Below are positions 37,292 to 48,288 of a DNA stretch of 64,000 nt, one piece after another (within the stretch, counting starts at the first letter, position 1; every line of letters starts with the position of its first letter). The stretch is from a virus: positions 9,133 to 73,132 of IMG/VR virus record IMGVR_UViG_3300028800_000081; one strand, given 5' to 3'. The notes under the pieces were generated by a model. The model was given only the letters and a program-made list of their open reading frames with translations. It ran no database searches and was not told the DNA's origin. Position numbers and translations under genes: made by a program.

Positions 37292-37336
37292 AAATGTCGG
37301 GCAACCGATTCGTTACCGTATGTCTCGCGTTGCGCT
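37234..37336 (+). ncRNA. omegaRNA 3' scaffold plus guide of TnpB2
   Basis: CAGGGCG/CGCCCTG stem with loop GTAACG pairs CGTTAC (37311-16); ACGCGC/GCGCGT hairpin then AGAAA; TCGG-GCAA-CCGA tetraloop. Confidence 0.72.
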
Positions 37337-37466
37337 TCGCACGCCTTCTCGCCATGGCAGAGCGCGCACGCAAACAGCCACGCATAGCGACATTCCTCCG
37401 CGCATGTGCGGATCGCGCGCAAGGCGAAGGCGAGTTCTATCAAGGCGCACCGGGAGGTAGACTGCG

Positions 37467-40221
37467 ATGAGCGATAACAAGATAACCGAAGCGTTTGAAA
37501 CGTACCTGCGCGATCCTGTCGTGCAACGCGCGTTGGAAATGCGGATGACAAGCGGCAAGTTATCGGTCGACCTGCTCCGCGATTGTTTCATGAACGGCGC
37601 GAAGTGCGCAGCCGATCTCCTTGTAAAGCAGAAAACCGAGGCAAGACGCTCATGAGATACGAACCGAGGAACTACACGCTCGACGCGGAGCACGGGCTCG
37701 CGCCTGACTGGCTTGAGAAGTTCCCGATGGTTACGCCGTTCGCGCGGAACTGCATCGTCGGCCTCGCAATCGCGCTGGCTTTAATCGCTTTCGCAATCAT
37801 TCATTGACCACTCGGAGGGAAACAACATGCGCGACAGAGAACAACAGAGTAGCGTGCTGATGGGCGCGCTGGACGAGGCTGAAATCTGGCAGCGTTCCCC
37901 GGTGAGACGCTGGAACTATCTGATCCTGGCCGCGACGTATCTCTGCGGCATGGCGATATTCGCAGCGTTTATGACAGCGATCGTTGCCGGCGTCTGGCTG
38001 GTGATCGGATTCGTGCAATCGCTTTTCGGAGGATGACATGGCATTGGACAGAGTTCTACACGGCGGAGAGAAGCCGCGCTCCCACGCTGCGGCGATGGTC
38101 GACGGGCTGAAGTGGGATTCTGGCAATAACGCTTGCCTGAGCTTCCACGCGCTTGCGGAGCTGGCGCGCCGCGGCGATCTGACGATCGAGCACGCAACCG
38201 GCGAGTCTGGCGCGATACATCTCAGGATTGACCCGCGATGAGCGACGAAACAACGTGGATGAAGTTTCATGTCGGCCAGCGCGTGTGGTGTGTGAACGAC
38301 AAACCGCACAATCCAAATCGGATACAAGCCCCTCATCGCCCCGCGAGAGCGTGAGGCTCTCATCTCGGCAATGTGCGGCTTGTGACCCCACCCAACCCGA
38401 AAGGTGAGAGATGAGCTATCGGATGTTCCGGCAGCAATGCAGCGACTGCAAAGCGGTCTGGAACGCGGCGTTTGGGATCGTCGGCATGACGAAGATCGCC
38501 GAGCCTCCGTCGAAGTGCCCGAAGTGCGCCTCGCCGAAAATTGCCTTCTTCGATCACGGGTGGGCAATGGATGACGGCTCGATATATCCCAAGCCTGTTG
38601 TAACGCACGTTGGCGATGCGGTTGTGCATGGCGACCGTGCTATGTCCGACAGCGAGATTGAAGCGATTGCGCTGATCGTCGAGGCTGCGAAGCAGAAGTT
38701 CGCATCCCCCACCCCACCAAAGGAGAAGACGTGATCTGCTCTGTCTGTGAAGGCGCGGGCAACATCATAGCTCGCAGCGATAGCGGCTCAGACTGGCGCG
38801 GGCGGTATGCGTCATGCCCTTGCTGCCGTGGTCGCGGCGCTCTGGATGGTGAAGGTGCCGCGCTAGACGACGCCACCCGCCGAATGCTGTATCCCATGCC
38901 GTCGCGATATAGGAGAGGCAACCGTGACTAGCTTCCTGACAGTATCTTCGACTGCGGGCTTCGAAAAAGGTGACATAATAGCCTTCCCTCCGGAGTGGAG
39001 GCCTGCCAAAGACCCCTGGTGGATTAGGGCATGGCGCTTGATCGTGCTGATGACCGTACGATACGAAGAAACTACAAGTATGATGGCCATTACCGACGTA
39101 TGTAATGGAACCACGCTCAAAATATGTCCAGCGCCATGATGCCCGCTCTCGCCCTCTCCGCCTTACTAGCCGCGCAGCCGGTGGTGAAGCCGTGTGCGGG
39201 CAATCATTTTTGCTACGTCAAATTCCCGGACGACGATTTAGTATGGACCAAAGGGGTTGGCCCTGAATATCTCTACATCCCAGATTGGTGCACGCAAGTC
39301 GCGCCGCACGTGTTCGCATGTGAGCATACAATCACGCTCCCCTCCCCACACAAGGACAAACCATGACCGATACCGCGCCACTTCCAAACTGCAAGGGCTC
39401 GTGGGCGATTGGCACGGCGTGCAAGAAATGCGACCGCTGCATTCAAGAAGCGCTAGCGACGCATCAAGGACTGCTCGATAGCCTGAAGGCTGCACGCGCC
39501 GCTACGGAATTCACGTTGAGGTTGCTGCCAGAAAAAACTGACGGCCACGATGTCGGTGATCAATTCAAGATCGCATGCTTTGACGAACTGAGGCGCATGA
39601 TGTGGGGAGCGAAGAAATAATGCCTGACCTGAGCCTCGCCGATTCCGCAGTTCTGCTCGCTGGAGCGATTGCGGCCGGCATTCTGTTCGCATGGGTTCGG
39701 CCGTTGACGGCGCGTAGGGGCTACACGCCTCATCATGGCGGCGACAAATCTCGACCTCCAAAAGGATCTGCGGTATGGACCAGTCGCACAACTCGCCACT
39801 TTTGACCTACTCCGACAAATCGAACGAAGAGCTAGCCGACGCGCTGACCGGCATGCTTGCCACGGCGGCACAGCTCAAACGCGACGGCGACATCGAGATC
39901 GCGGATTCGATCTGGGATGGACAGATTGCGCCGCTGCTCACAGAATGCGCGAGGCGGTTGCGCGTGACGAAAAGCGCGCCGCGCCCATACGTAGACCTCC
40001 GCGCGGTACCTGGCTCCGTATACTTTCGCGATTGCCACGGCGCGTTTTACCACTTGCGTCAATGCCAGTTCCCAATTGACGTTCTGGACGCCGCCCATTA
40101 CCCAAATTCTTTCGGTCGTGCGGTCAACGAATCGGACGCGCAGCAATTGATCAGCGACATATTCTACAAAACTCCGCCCGGCACCGTAATCGCCATTTCC
40201 GATCGGGTTCTCGATCTATGA
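37467..40221 (+). other. nin-like cluster of more than 10 small hypothetical ORFs
   Basis: Short coupled ORFs, several with CxxC motifs or TM helices. Confidence 0.55.
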
Positions 40222-40763
40222 CAGTCACGCACGCCAACGGGTCCAAGCCCAAAAAGCCGCAAGACCATCTCCGCTGGTACGTGGTGCGCACGGAATCCCG
40301 CCGGGAGAAGCGCGCGGCGCTCGAGATCGAAGCCATGGGCGTCACGGTCTTTCTCCCTCTGCACTACGAATTCGTGAAAGACGGCAAGTGGTACAAGCCG
40401 GAGGCGCGAGGCCCGCTGTTCCCCAGATATATCTTCATCATGGCCCGGCAGCGATCGCCCTGGGGAAAGATCCGCGACGCCCGCGGCGTCGAGCGCGTGA
40501 TCTGCAAGACAGACGGCACGCCGGTCCCCGTACCCTACCGGCAAATGCGCTTCATCCGCACCCGTCACAAGCGAGGCGAGAAGAAACGCATCGAGCCTAA
40601 ATTCAAGCAGGGCCAGCGGGTCCGCGTGACAAACGGCCCATTCGAAAGCTTCGAAGGCACATTCGACGGCTCGGCACAGAACCGCGTCAAGGTGCTGCTC
40701 AGCATCTTCGGACGCGAGACTGAGGTCCAGATACCCGAAACAGATTTGCGAGGCGTGGCGTGA
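40218..40763 (+). CDS. nusG: NusG-family transcription antiterminator
   Basis: WYVVRT, PLFPRYIF and KOW GQRVRVTNGPFESFEG...LSIFGRET. Confidence 0.9.
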   Translation: MTVTHANGSKPKKPQDHLRWYVVRTESRREKRAALEIEAMGVTVFLPLHYEFVKDGKWYKPEARGPLFPRYIFIMARQRSPWGKIRDARGVERVICKTDGTPVPVPYRQMRFIRTRHKRGEKKRIEPKFKQGQRVRVTNGPFESFEGTFDGSAQNRVKVLLSIFGRETEVQIPETDLRGVA

Positions 40764-40794
40764 GGAACAAGGAACGCGCTGCAAAGGTGAACGC

Positions 40795-42461
40795 ATGAGC
40801 GAGAAGACGACATGGAAGCGATGGCACGAGGGAGCCAATCCGCAGCTTGACGCGATAGTGTTGCGGCGGTTCGGGAGCGACCATGACAAGCCGTGCCACA
40901 ATCCAGAAATGCTCACATGCGCGCTATGGTCCTGCCAAGTCCATGATCGCTGCCGTTTGTCCCCCACCCCCGACCAGAAGGCGGCACAATGAGCGAGAAA
41001 ACATTTATGTGCCCAGATTGTCGCAAGCCCAATGCGATAACGGCCAGACAGAAAGCCGCTCATAATCATTGCGACGAATGCACGGAATCGTGCCGACGCA
41101 TGATGGAGCCTGCATCTCACGTCGTTCTGACCTTCACTGGCATGCCCGTGTTCCGGCGTGAATTTCCGACATCGCCATGACCCAATCGACCACAGAGAAA
41201 TGCGCCAGAGCGTTGGCTGAGGCTGATGTCCGAAGCAAGGTTCCGGCTTTGTGGGATGATGCTGTGCGCCGCCATGTCGATGCAAATTGGCGCGACTACA
41301 TCCCCCAGGTTCGGACGGTTTTCCAGAACGCGCGGGAGCCTACGGAGGCGATGTGGGGCGGGCTCGCGCGGCAAATCGTATTCTGGCAACGCGGAGGGCC
41401 GGGACAGACTGGGGCGTCTCTCTATCGCTTCCTAGAGCCTGTCGGGTTCGAAGCGCCGGAATGGCTCAGAAAGGAAATTCCAGACGACAATCGCGTCCCG
41501 CCAAAAGGTACGATTGCCGCCGTAATCTGGCAAGCCATGCTAGACGAGATCATGAAGGAGGAGCCATGACCGACATGGTGGAGCGAGCTATGCGCGCGGC
41601 CCTTGATGCTTCGGGATACACCTCAGAAGGAGATAGGGCAGCGATTCTTTCTGGAAAACTTCACGGCATTTTCAGCCTTCCAGTCATCATTCGCGCCGCA
41701 ATCCAAGCCATGCGCGAGCCGACCCATGAAATGTGTAGAGCCGGAGAGCGCCAAGCCTTCAATTCGGCGGGACCAGATGTTCATTCCGGGGAGGCTGGCG
41801 ACATTTGGCGCGATATGCTCGACGCCGCCCTCTCCACCCCACCTATTGACAAGGACACAAAATCGTAGGATTTCTCCTGCGTCGAACCGCTGGGGGCGTT
41901 CCGCCACCCACTCCGTAGGGGTCTCCAAAACCGGAGCAGTTCTGCCCCTCGAAAACCCAATAAAATCAGCACTTTCTGAGCAATAAAGGGTCAAGCGGTT
42001 ACGACCGCGACACCCGGCCCGAATCCCCTGCAATCCGTAGCACCTTGGCCGGGCAGTTTGACGACCGCGTATACACTCCTTGCCATCGCCTCGGCAGTCC
42101 GCGTATACAGATCGGCATGAAGGCCGTGAAGTGCAAAACGTGTGGCAAAGAGGAATGGCGGCATACTTGCGGCCCTGGCGCTCCGCCTCTCGCAACGCTC
42201 GCCCTCGGAACGCCTATTGCCTTCATCGCGTCTGCTACGAACACCGGCCCCTCAACGACCCAAGGCCGAGGCGGAAAAGCCGTCACGCTCAAACACCCTG
42301 ACGGCTCGGCACTGAAAGCCGGAGACATCGCGCAAGGTGATATCATGACGGTCGATAAGGCGACCGGCATCGTCAAATCCAGTCTGAGCCGCAAGGAATA
42401 CCTGAAGCTCAAAGCCCGTGACCGTCGCGCTCGCGTGAAAGCGCAGAAGCAGACGGCTTAA
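40795..42461 (+). other. Small ORFs before the terminase (40795, 40989, paralog pair 41177-41569/41566-41868, 42117-42461)
   Basis: The pair shares REPT..M and IW.xML motifs. Confidence 0.55.
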
Positions 42462-42482
42462 CCCACCACAAAGGTCAATCGT

Positions 42483-43055
42483 ATGGCGCGTGCCGCCAAG
42501 CCGAAGAAGGCCGCGCGCTCACTTCCCCCAGCCGGCCCACCGCGGAAACGTGGAAGACCATCTGGCTACAGGGCCGAATTCGCCGCTCAAGCGCGAGAGA
42601 TGTGCGAAGGAGGCGCCACCGATTTCGAGGTCGCGCGCGCACTCGGCACAACGGATCGAAACCTCTATCGCTGGGCGATTGAATATCCAGAATTTCGTCA
42701 GGCCCTAAAACTTGGCAAGGACGGCCCCGACGATCGCGTGGTGCGCAGCCTGTTCGAGAAGGCCACTGGCTACCGGATCATCACCGAGAAAATCTTCCTT
42801 CAGGCCGGCTCACGTGAGCCCATCCGCGTCCCATTCATCGAGCATGTTGCGCCTGACACAACGGCTTGCATCTTTTGGCTCAAGAATCGTCGCGTCTTGG
42901 AGTGGCGCGACAGACAGGCGACCACGACGGAAGACGGCGACGAAACGGTGACGATCAAGGTCGAGGGTGGATTGCCGGCAGAGATCGAGGCGCCTGTAGC
43001 CCCTACGGTGCCGGCGGATGTAGACCCTACACCGGACGACAATGCCGGTTCTTAG
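42483..43055 (+). CDS. terS: Terminase small subunit
   Basis: GRPSGY, HTH, EYPEFRQAL and PDTTACIFWLKNR. Confidence 0.88.
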   Translation: MARAAKPKKAARSLPPAGPPRKRGRPSGYRAEFAAQAREMCEGGATDFEVARALGTTDRNLYRWAIEYPEFRQALKLGKDGPDDRVVRSLFEKATGYRIITEKIFLQAGSREPIRVPFIEHVAPDTTACIFWLKNRRVLEWRDRQATTTEDGDETVTIKVEGGLPAEIEAPVAPTVPADVDPTPDDNAGS

Positions 43056-44367
43056 GGTCACGCTTCCGACGCTGCACGCCGATCAGGTACGGGCGTGGCG
43101 GTTGCCCGGAAAGCGCAAGGCCGTCAGATGCGGGCGTCGTTGGGGTAAGTCTCTCCTCGGAGAAACGATTGCCGGAGACGGCGCGGTCAAGGGTGAGCTC
43201 GTCGGATGGTTTGCTCCGACGTATCGCTATCTCTCCGAGCCCTACAACGACCTCGTCGAGATTCTTCAGGGCGTGCTGCAACGATCATCGAAAAACGAGG
43301 GCGTGATTCGCACGCTGACAAAGGGCCAGATTGATTTCTGGACCATGGACGACGAGCGCTGCGGGCGCGGCCGCAAGTATCACAAGATCATCATCGACGA
43401 GGCGGCGTTCAACAAACCGAACGCACGGCAAATCTGGGAGCAGTCTATCGAGCCAACGTTGCTCGACTATTCCGGCACCGCCTATGTGCTGAGCAACACG
43501 AAAGGCAATTCGCCGGAGAACTTCTTCTGGCAGGTCTGCAACGATCCAAGCCTGCACTTCCTCGAGCACCACGCCCCCACGATGAGTAACCCGCTTGTGC
43601 CGCTACGGCTCAAGGGCGAAGACGAGATCACCTACCAGGAACGCCGTCTAACGGTGTTTGAGAAGCTCAAGGCCGACAATCATCCGCTGGTGTATCAGCA
43701 GGAATATCTTGCCGAGTTCGTCGACTTCTCCGGCGAGGCATTCTTCGCGTTGGACAAATTGCTGATCGACGGCAAGCCGGCACCGAAGCCGAGATACTGC
43801 GACACCGTCTTTGCCGTATTGGACACGGCGGTCAAAACAGGAACTGCAAACGACGGAACGGCCGTCACGTATTGCGCGGTCATCCGCCACGTTCTGCCAT
43901 ACGAACTCATCATCCTCGATTGGGACATCGTCCAGATTGAGGGCGCGATGCTCGAAACGTGGCTCCCCAGCGTCTTCAAACGGCTCGAGGAATTGTCCGC
44001 AGAGTATGGCGCGCGCCGGGGTTCCATGGGCGCCTTCATTGAAGACGCGGCAAGCGGGACGATCTTGCTCCAGCAATCGGCGCGACACGGATGGCCGGCG
44101 CGCGCGATCGATTCCGAACTCACTGCGGCCGGCAAGGATGGGCGCGGAATTTCGGTCTCGGGCTACGTGTATCGCGGCCTCGTGAAGTTTTCCGAGCACG
44201 CCTACAACAAGACCAAGGCCTACAAGGGCGTGACGCGCAATCATCTCGTGAGCCAGGTTGTCGAGTTCCGGGTTGGCGACAAGGACGCGGCGAAGCGCGC
44301 GGACGATTTATTAGACGCGTTCGTCTATAGTGTGGCGCTGTCACTCGGAAACGCTGAAGGCTACTGA
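43042..44367 (+). CDS. terL: Terminase large subunit
   Basis: Walker A CGRRWGKS, Walker B IIIDEAA, YQQEYLAEF and nuclease DTAVKTG/DDLLD. Confidence 0.93.
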   Translation: MPVLRVTLPTLHADQVRAWRLPGKRKAVRCGRRWGKSLLGETIAGDGAVKGELVGWFAPTYRYLSEPYNDLVEILQGVLQRSSKNEGVIRTLTKGQIDFWTMDDERCGRGRKYHKIIIDEAAFNKPNARQIWEQSIEPTLLDYSGTAYVLSNTKGNSPENFFWQVCNDPSLHFLEHHAPTMSNPLVPLRLKGEDEITYQERRLTVFEKLKADNHPLVYQQEYLAEFVDFSGEAFFALDKLLIDGKPAPKPRYCDTVFAVLDTAVKTGTANDGTAVTYCAVIRHVLPYELIILDWDIVQIEGAMLETWLPSVFKRLEELSAEYGARRGSMGAFIEDAASGTILLQQSARHGWPARAIDSELTAAGKDGRGISVSGYVYRGLVKFSEHAYNKTKAYKGVTRNHLVSQVVEFRVGDKDAAKRADDLLDAFVYSVALSLGNAEGY

Positions 44368-45912
44368 ATGGGCCAGGTGACGGTTTACAGTGCGGACAAC
44401 GGGCCGCTCCCGGGCTCATGCCTTGGAACGCCGTTGACGCAAATCCTCAACAGCGAGGATGCGCTTCCGGGCAGTGATGCGTCGTACGAGCTCGCAAAAT
44501 TGCTCTACGTCTATCATCCGCTGGGCGACAAGATTGCGCGAAAGCCTATCGAACTCGCGCAGTCGCAATCCCGGGAAATCACCATCCCGGATTCTCCCGA
44601 GGAGCACGTCAAGAAGGCGTTCATCGACCAGTGGACGGCGGACAAGGTCGACGAGGTCATTTCGAACCTGATGACGCTTGCCCGCGTCTATGGGCTTGCG
44701 ACAGTTGGCGTGCTGACCCGGGGCGACAACGCCAACACGGCGCTCGACTACAAGACGCTCTGGGAAAAGGAAATCGCGTACAACGTTTGGGATCCGTTGA
44801 ACACGGCTGGCAGCATTGTGCTCAACCAGGATCCGAACGCCATGGATTTCCTGAAGCCGCAAAGCGTCACGGTGTCGGGCACCGCGTATCACCGCTCTCG
44901 CACCTGCGTGGCGATGAACGAGAAGCCGATCTACATCCAGTACACGACGTCCGCCTACGGGTATGTCGGCCGCTCCGCGTATCAGCGCTGCCTCTTCCCG
45001 CTGAAATCCTTCATCCAGTCTATGCAAACCGACGATCTCGTGACGCTGAAGGCCGGCGTGCTGGTCGCAAAGCTCAAGCCAGCGGGATCGATCGTCGACA
45101 ACATCATGGCGTATTTCGCCGGGCAGAAGCGCCAGCTCATCCGTGAAGCGCAGAATTACAACGTCATCTCCATCAATGCGCCGGACGAAGCGATTGAGTC
45201 GCTCAACCTGCAGAACCTGGACGGCGCATCGAAGAACGCGCGCGACAACATCCTGAAGAACATCGCCATGGGCGCCGACATGCCGGCGCTGGTGCTGAAC
45301 GAGGAAACCTTTGTCGACGGCTTCGGCGAGGGCACGGAAGACGCCAACAAGATCGCCCGCTTCGTCGATCGCATCCGCCTCCAGATGTCAGGCGTCTATG
45401 CGTTTCACGACAACATCACCCAGTATCGGGCGTGGAACCCGGATTTCTATGCAGGGCTGCAGAACGAGTTCCCGGCTTGGCGCAGCGTCCCTTTCGACGT
45501 GGCGTTCAATCGCTTCCGCAATTCCTTTGCAGCCGTGTGGCCGAACTTCCTGCAAGAGCCGGATAGCGAAAAGGTCAAGATCGAGGACGTAAAGCTCAAA
45601 GCCGTGATCGCCATCGTGGAAATCCTCACCCCGGCGCTGGACCCGAACAATAAAGCCGCCCTGTTCCAGTGGGCGTGCGACTGCTTCAACGAAAACAAGC
45701 TGCTCTTTCCCTCTCCACTCGACCTCGAATTCGACGACGAGTTCATGGCGTTTGCCGAGGAATCGGCTGCGCAACTCAAGGAACCGGAACCGTCCAAGCC
45801 CTTCGCCGCCAATGACGCGCAGCGGATGCTGAGCGAGGCTGTAGCCCGGCTACCTGATCGTGATCCCAGGCGCCGGCGCGTGGCGGACCTCGTCAAGCTC
45901 GTGAATGCATGA
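44368..45912 (+). CDS. Portal protein (DUF1073-like)
   Basis: 514 aa directly after terL; ARVYG and GFGEGTED motifs. Confidence 0.85.
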   Translation: MGQVTVYSADNGPLPGSCLGTPLTQILNSEDALPGSDASYELAKLLYVYHPLGDKIARKPIELAQSQSREITIPDSPEEHVKKAFIDQWTADKVDEVISNLMTLARVYGLATVGVLTRGDNANTALDYKTLWEKEIAYNVWDPLNTAGSIVLNQDPNAMDFLKPQSVTVSGTAYHRSRTCVAMNEKPIYIQYTTSAYGYVGRSAYQRCLFPLKSFIQSMQTDDLVTLKAGVLVAKLKPAGSIVDNIMAYFAGQKRQLIREAQNYNVISINAPDEAIESLNLQNLDGASKNARDNILKNIAMGADMPALVLNEETFVDGFGEGTEDANKIARFVDRIRLQMSGVYAFHDNITQYRAWNPDFYAGLQNEFPAWRSVPFDVAFNRFRNSFAAVWPNFLQEPDSEKVKIEDVKLKAVIAIVEILTPALDPNNKAALFQWACDCFNENKLLFPSPLDLEFDDEFMAFAEESAAQLKEPEPSKPFAANDAQRMLSEAVARLPDRDPRRRRVADLVKLVNA

Positions 45913-46132
45913 GCCACCTTGACCGCGACATGGAGGCATCAGTCCGCGCCATGGATGCGGGCCGCCTGCGATACGGCGCGCTGTCCGAGCAATTCCAGGC
46001 CGAGTGCATGGCTGGCAACTGGCCGGCAACGGAGCGCCTGCGGTTCGAAGTCGTAACGGCCGTTGAAGGATATCTGGACGCCATGGCCGCCGCGTATCGC
46101 AGGATGGAGATCGCCAAAGCGACGCAGGGCCG

Positions 46133-46954
46133 ATGACCACCCGGGCCTACAACGACATCCTGTCCGAAGCGATCGAGGACATTTCGCTCAACGGGTATGA
46201 CACCCCAGACCGTATCGCCTACTGGACCGAACGCCTCCGGATCGCTGCCGAAGAGCAGGCCCGCAAGCCGGACGAAATGGAGCGGATGCTTCAGGAGGCG
46301 ATGCGGGCCATCTACACGCGCCTCGTCGAAAAGGGCAAAGCGCTTCAGTATCACCAAGGCATTGCGCGCTTCACGCTTGAGAAGGTGCGGCCGGAACTCA
46401 GGGGCGAACTTGATCGCCGTATACTGGCTGCCGCTGACCTCATCAGGCTCAACCGCACCGAGGCCATTCGCAATACCCTGCACAGGTTTCAAGGATGGGC
46501 AACGAGCATACCGCGTGGAGGATTGGCGGACGTTGACCGGGGCAAGGTGAAATCCGACCTCAAAAAGCCTATGCAGCGCCTCCCCTACTCGGAGAGATTC
46601 GTACTTACGGATCAGGCCCACAAACTCAGGGCGTCCATTTCGGAAGTCTTGGCTCAGGACGGTGGAGCGCTAGGAGGCATCTGGCACTCGAACTGGCGCC
46701 AGAGTGGATACCAGGCGCGCATCACGCACAAGGAACGCGACCTCAACTTCTACACGATGCGAGACAACTGGGCGATCCGCGCAGGGCTGATGAAAGTTGG
46801 GCCATACGGGTACTACGACGATATCACGCCGGTCGCATTCGAGCCCAATTGCAGATGCTTCATGCAGTGGCGCTACTCACTTCGGGCTATCCCGCCGGAG
46901 CAATTGACGGTAAAAGGAAGGGCCGAACTTGATCGCGTGCGAGTCGCAGCTTGA
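46133..46954 (+). CDS. Head morphogenesis protein (Mu gpF/SPP1 gp7-like)
   Basis: TDQAHK, W.S.W...R.TH and EPNCRC. Confidence 0.8.
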   Translation: MTTRAYNDILSEAIEDISLNGYDTPDRIAYWTERLRIAAEEQARKPDEMERMLQEAMRAIYTRLVEKGKALQYHQGIARFTLEKVRPELRGELDRRILAAADLIRLNRTEAIRNTLHRFQGWATSIPRGGLADVDRGKVKSDLKKPMQRLPYSERFVLTDQAHKLRASISEVLAQDGGALGGIWHSNWRQSGYQARITHKERDLNFYTMRDNWAIRAGLMKVGPYGYYDDITPVAFEPNCRCFMQWRYSLRAIPPEQLTVKGRAELDRVRVAA

Positions 46955-47730
46955 TCGAAAAGACAGATTTCTACGTCTACGTCTATTTCAGATTGGATGG
47001 GTCTCCCTGCTATGTGGGGAAGGGGCGCGGAGAGCGGTGGCTCGTTCATGAACGGCAAGAGTCGCACAACCAGCATTTTAACCGCATCATTTCAAAGGCC
47101 GGCGCGTCTCTGCCTAAAGTAAAGACCCGCGAAGGCCTGACAAACGCCGCAGCGATCGAAACGGAAATAGCTCTTATAGCCGCGATTGGGCGAGCCGACC
47201 TCGGGTCCGGTCCGCTGGTAAATCACACCATTGGTGGCGATGGATCGCGGGGCCATATTCACACTATGTCAGCATCTTCCCGCAGGAAGCTAAGTGCTGC
47301 AAAAATGGGCCACGCGGTATCCAAAGAAACTCGGGAAAAGATATCGCGCGCCCTTCGCGGTAGATCACTCTCGTCAGAGCACAAGGAAAAAGTCAGCGCC
47401 GGCATAAAAGCGTCCGGCAAGGCTGCGGCGCATATCCTTGATCTTGCAAATCAGTGTCGCGGCAAGCGTTTGTCGCAAGAGCACTGCGAGAAAGTGCGGC
47501 TAGCTAATATCGGAAAGAATCGGTCTCCAGAAGCGCGCGCGGCAATGAGTGAGGCTCAGCGCCGCAGAAAGCATGGTCCGATGTCTCCTGAGGCGCTCGC
47601 GCGGCGTCGCGAAAAGACGAAGCATCACACCAAGAGCCCTGAGACGAGAGCGCGAATAAGTGCGGCAGCAAAGGCGCAGCACGCTAGAGCGAGGGCCGAA
47701 CGTGAACGCGACCGACCAACTCTCCTCTGA
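46951..47730 (+). CDS. Free-standing homing endonuclease, GIY-YIG-like with NUMOD3 repeats
   Basis: FYVYVY...CYVGKG..R, LVNHTIGGDG and repeated S.E.R.K.S.A units. Confidence 0.85.
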   Translation: MIEKTDFYVYVYFRLDGSPCYVGKGRGERWLVHERQESHNQHFNRIISKAGASLPKVKTREGLTNAAAIETEIALIAAIGRADLGSGPLVNHTIGGDGSRGHIHTMSASSRRKLSAAKMGHAVSKETREKISRALRGRSLSSEHKEKVSAGIKASGKAAAHILDLANQCRGKRLSQEHCEKVRLANIGKNRSPEARAAMSEAQRRRKHGPMSPEALARRREKTKHHTKSPETRARISAAAKAQHARARAERERDRPTLL

Positions 47731-48090
47731 TATTCAGGCCGTTTACGACAGCGTCGTTTCGGAGATGCGCGTTGCTCTCGGGCGAGAACTTACGATCCCT
47801 GAAACAGTAGAAGCATTTCAAGCCAGCCGGGAGCGCATCGCGCGCACCATCCAGTGCGCGACGATCGAAACGGCAGGGCCTCGAAACTGAGGACCGCATG
47901 AGCAACCATCCGACCGTCAAACCCTTCACCGGAACATCCGAAGCAGCACTGTCGATCCTGTGCCGCGTTGAGTGCGTGGACGGCAAGATCGTGCGCTGCA
48001 TCCCGATCCACGACGTGAGGATCATGGAGCAGGAAGTCGCGGGCCGCAAAACCGTGTTCGCCTCGTCAAAGTCGCAGAGTTGAGGGCAGC

Positions 48091-48288
48091 ATGAACGCGA
48101 GCAAGCTCGACGCTGCACTGGCGAAGTGCGATGCGATTGTGAGCCGCTCTGATGCCAGCAAAAGCGTTGCGCTACTGTCACCAGAGGAATTGCGCCGCCT
48201 GAAATACGATCCCCTGACGACGCACGTCGGGGCTACATCGTCAAAAAAGTACTGGCACCCGCAATACGGTTATTTTGAAATCCCATGA
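48091..48288 (+). CDS. Small putative internal head protein
   Basis: N-terminus KLDAALAKCDAIVSRSDA resembles a scaffold segment. Confidence 0.5.
   Translation: MNASKLDAALAKCDAIVSRSDASKSVALLSPEELRRLKYDPLTTHVGATSSKKYWHPQYGYFEIP

Noticed and set aside
44368-45912. Anti-CBASS Acb1 annotation sometimes given to DUF1073 proteins
   Set aside because: Size and position after terL indicate the portal; no 2H phosphoesterase HxT motifs are evident.
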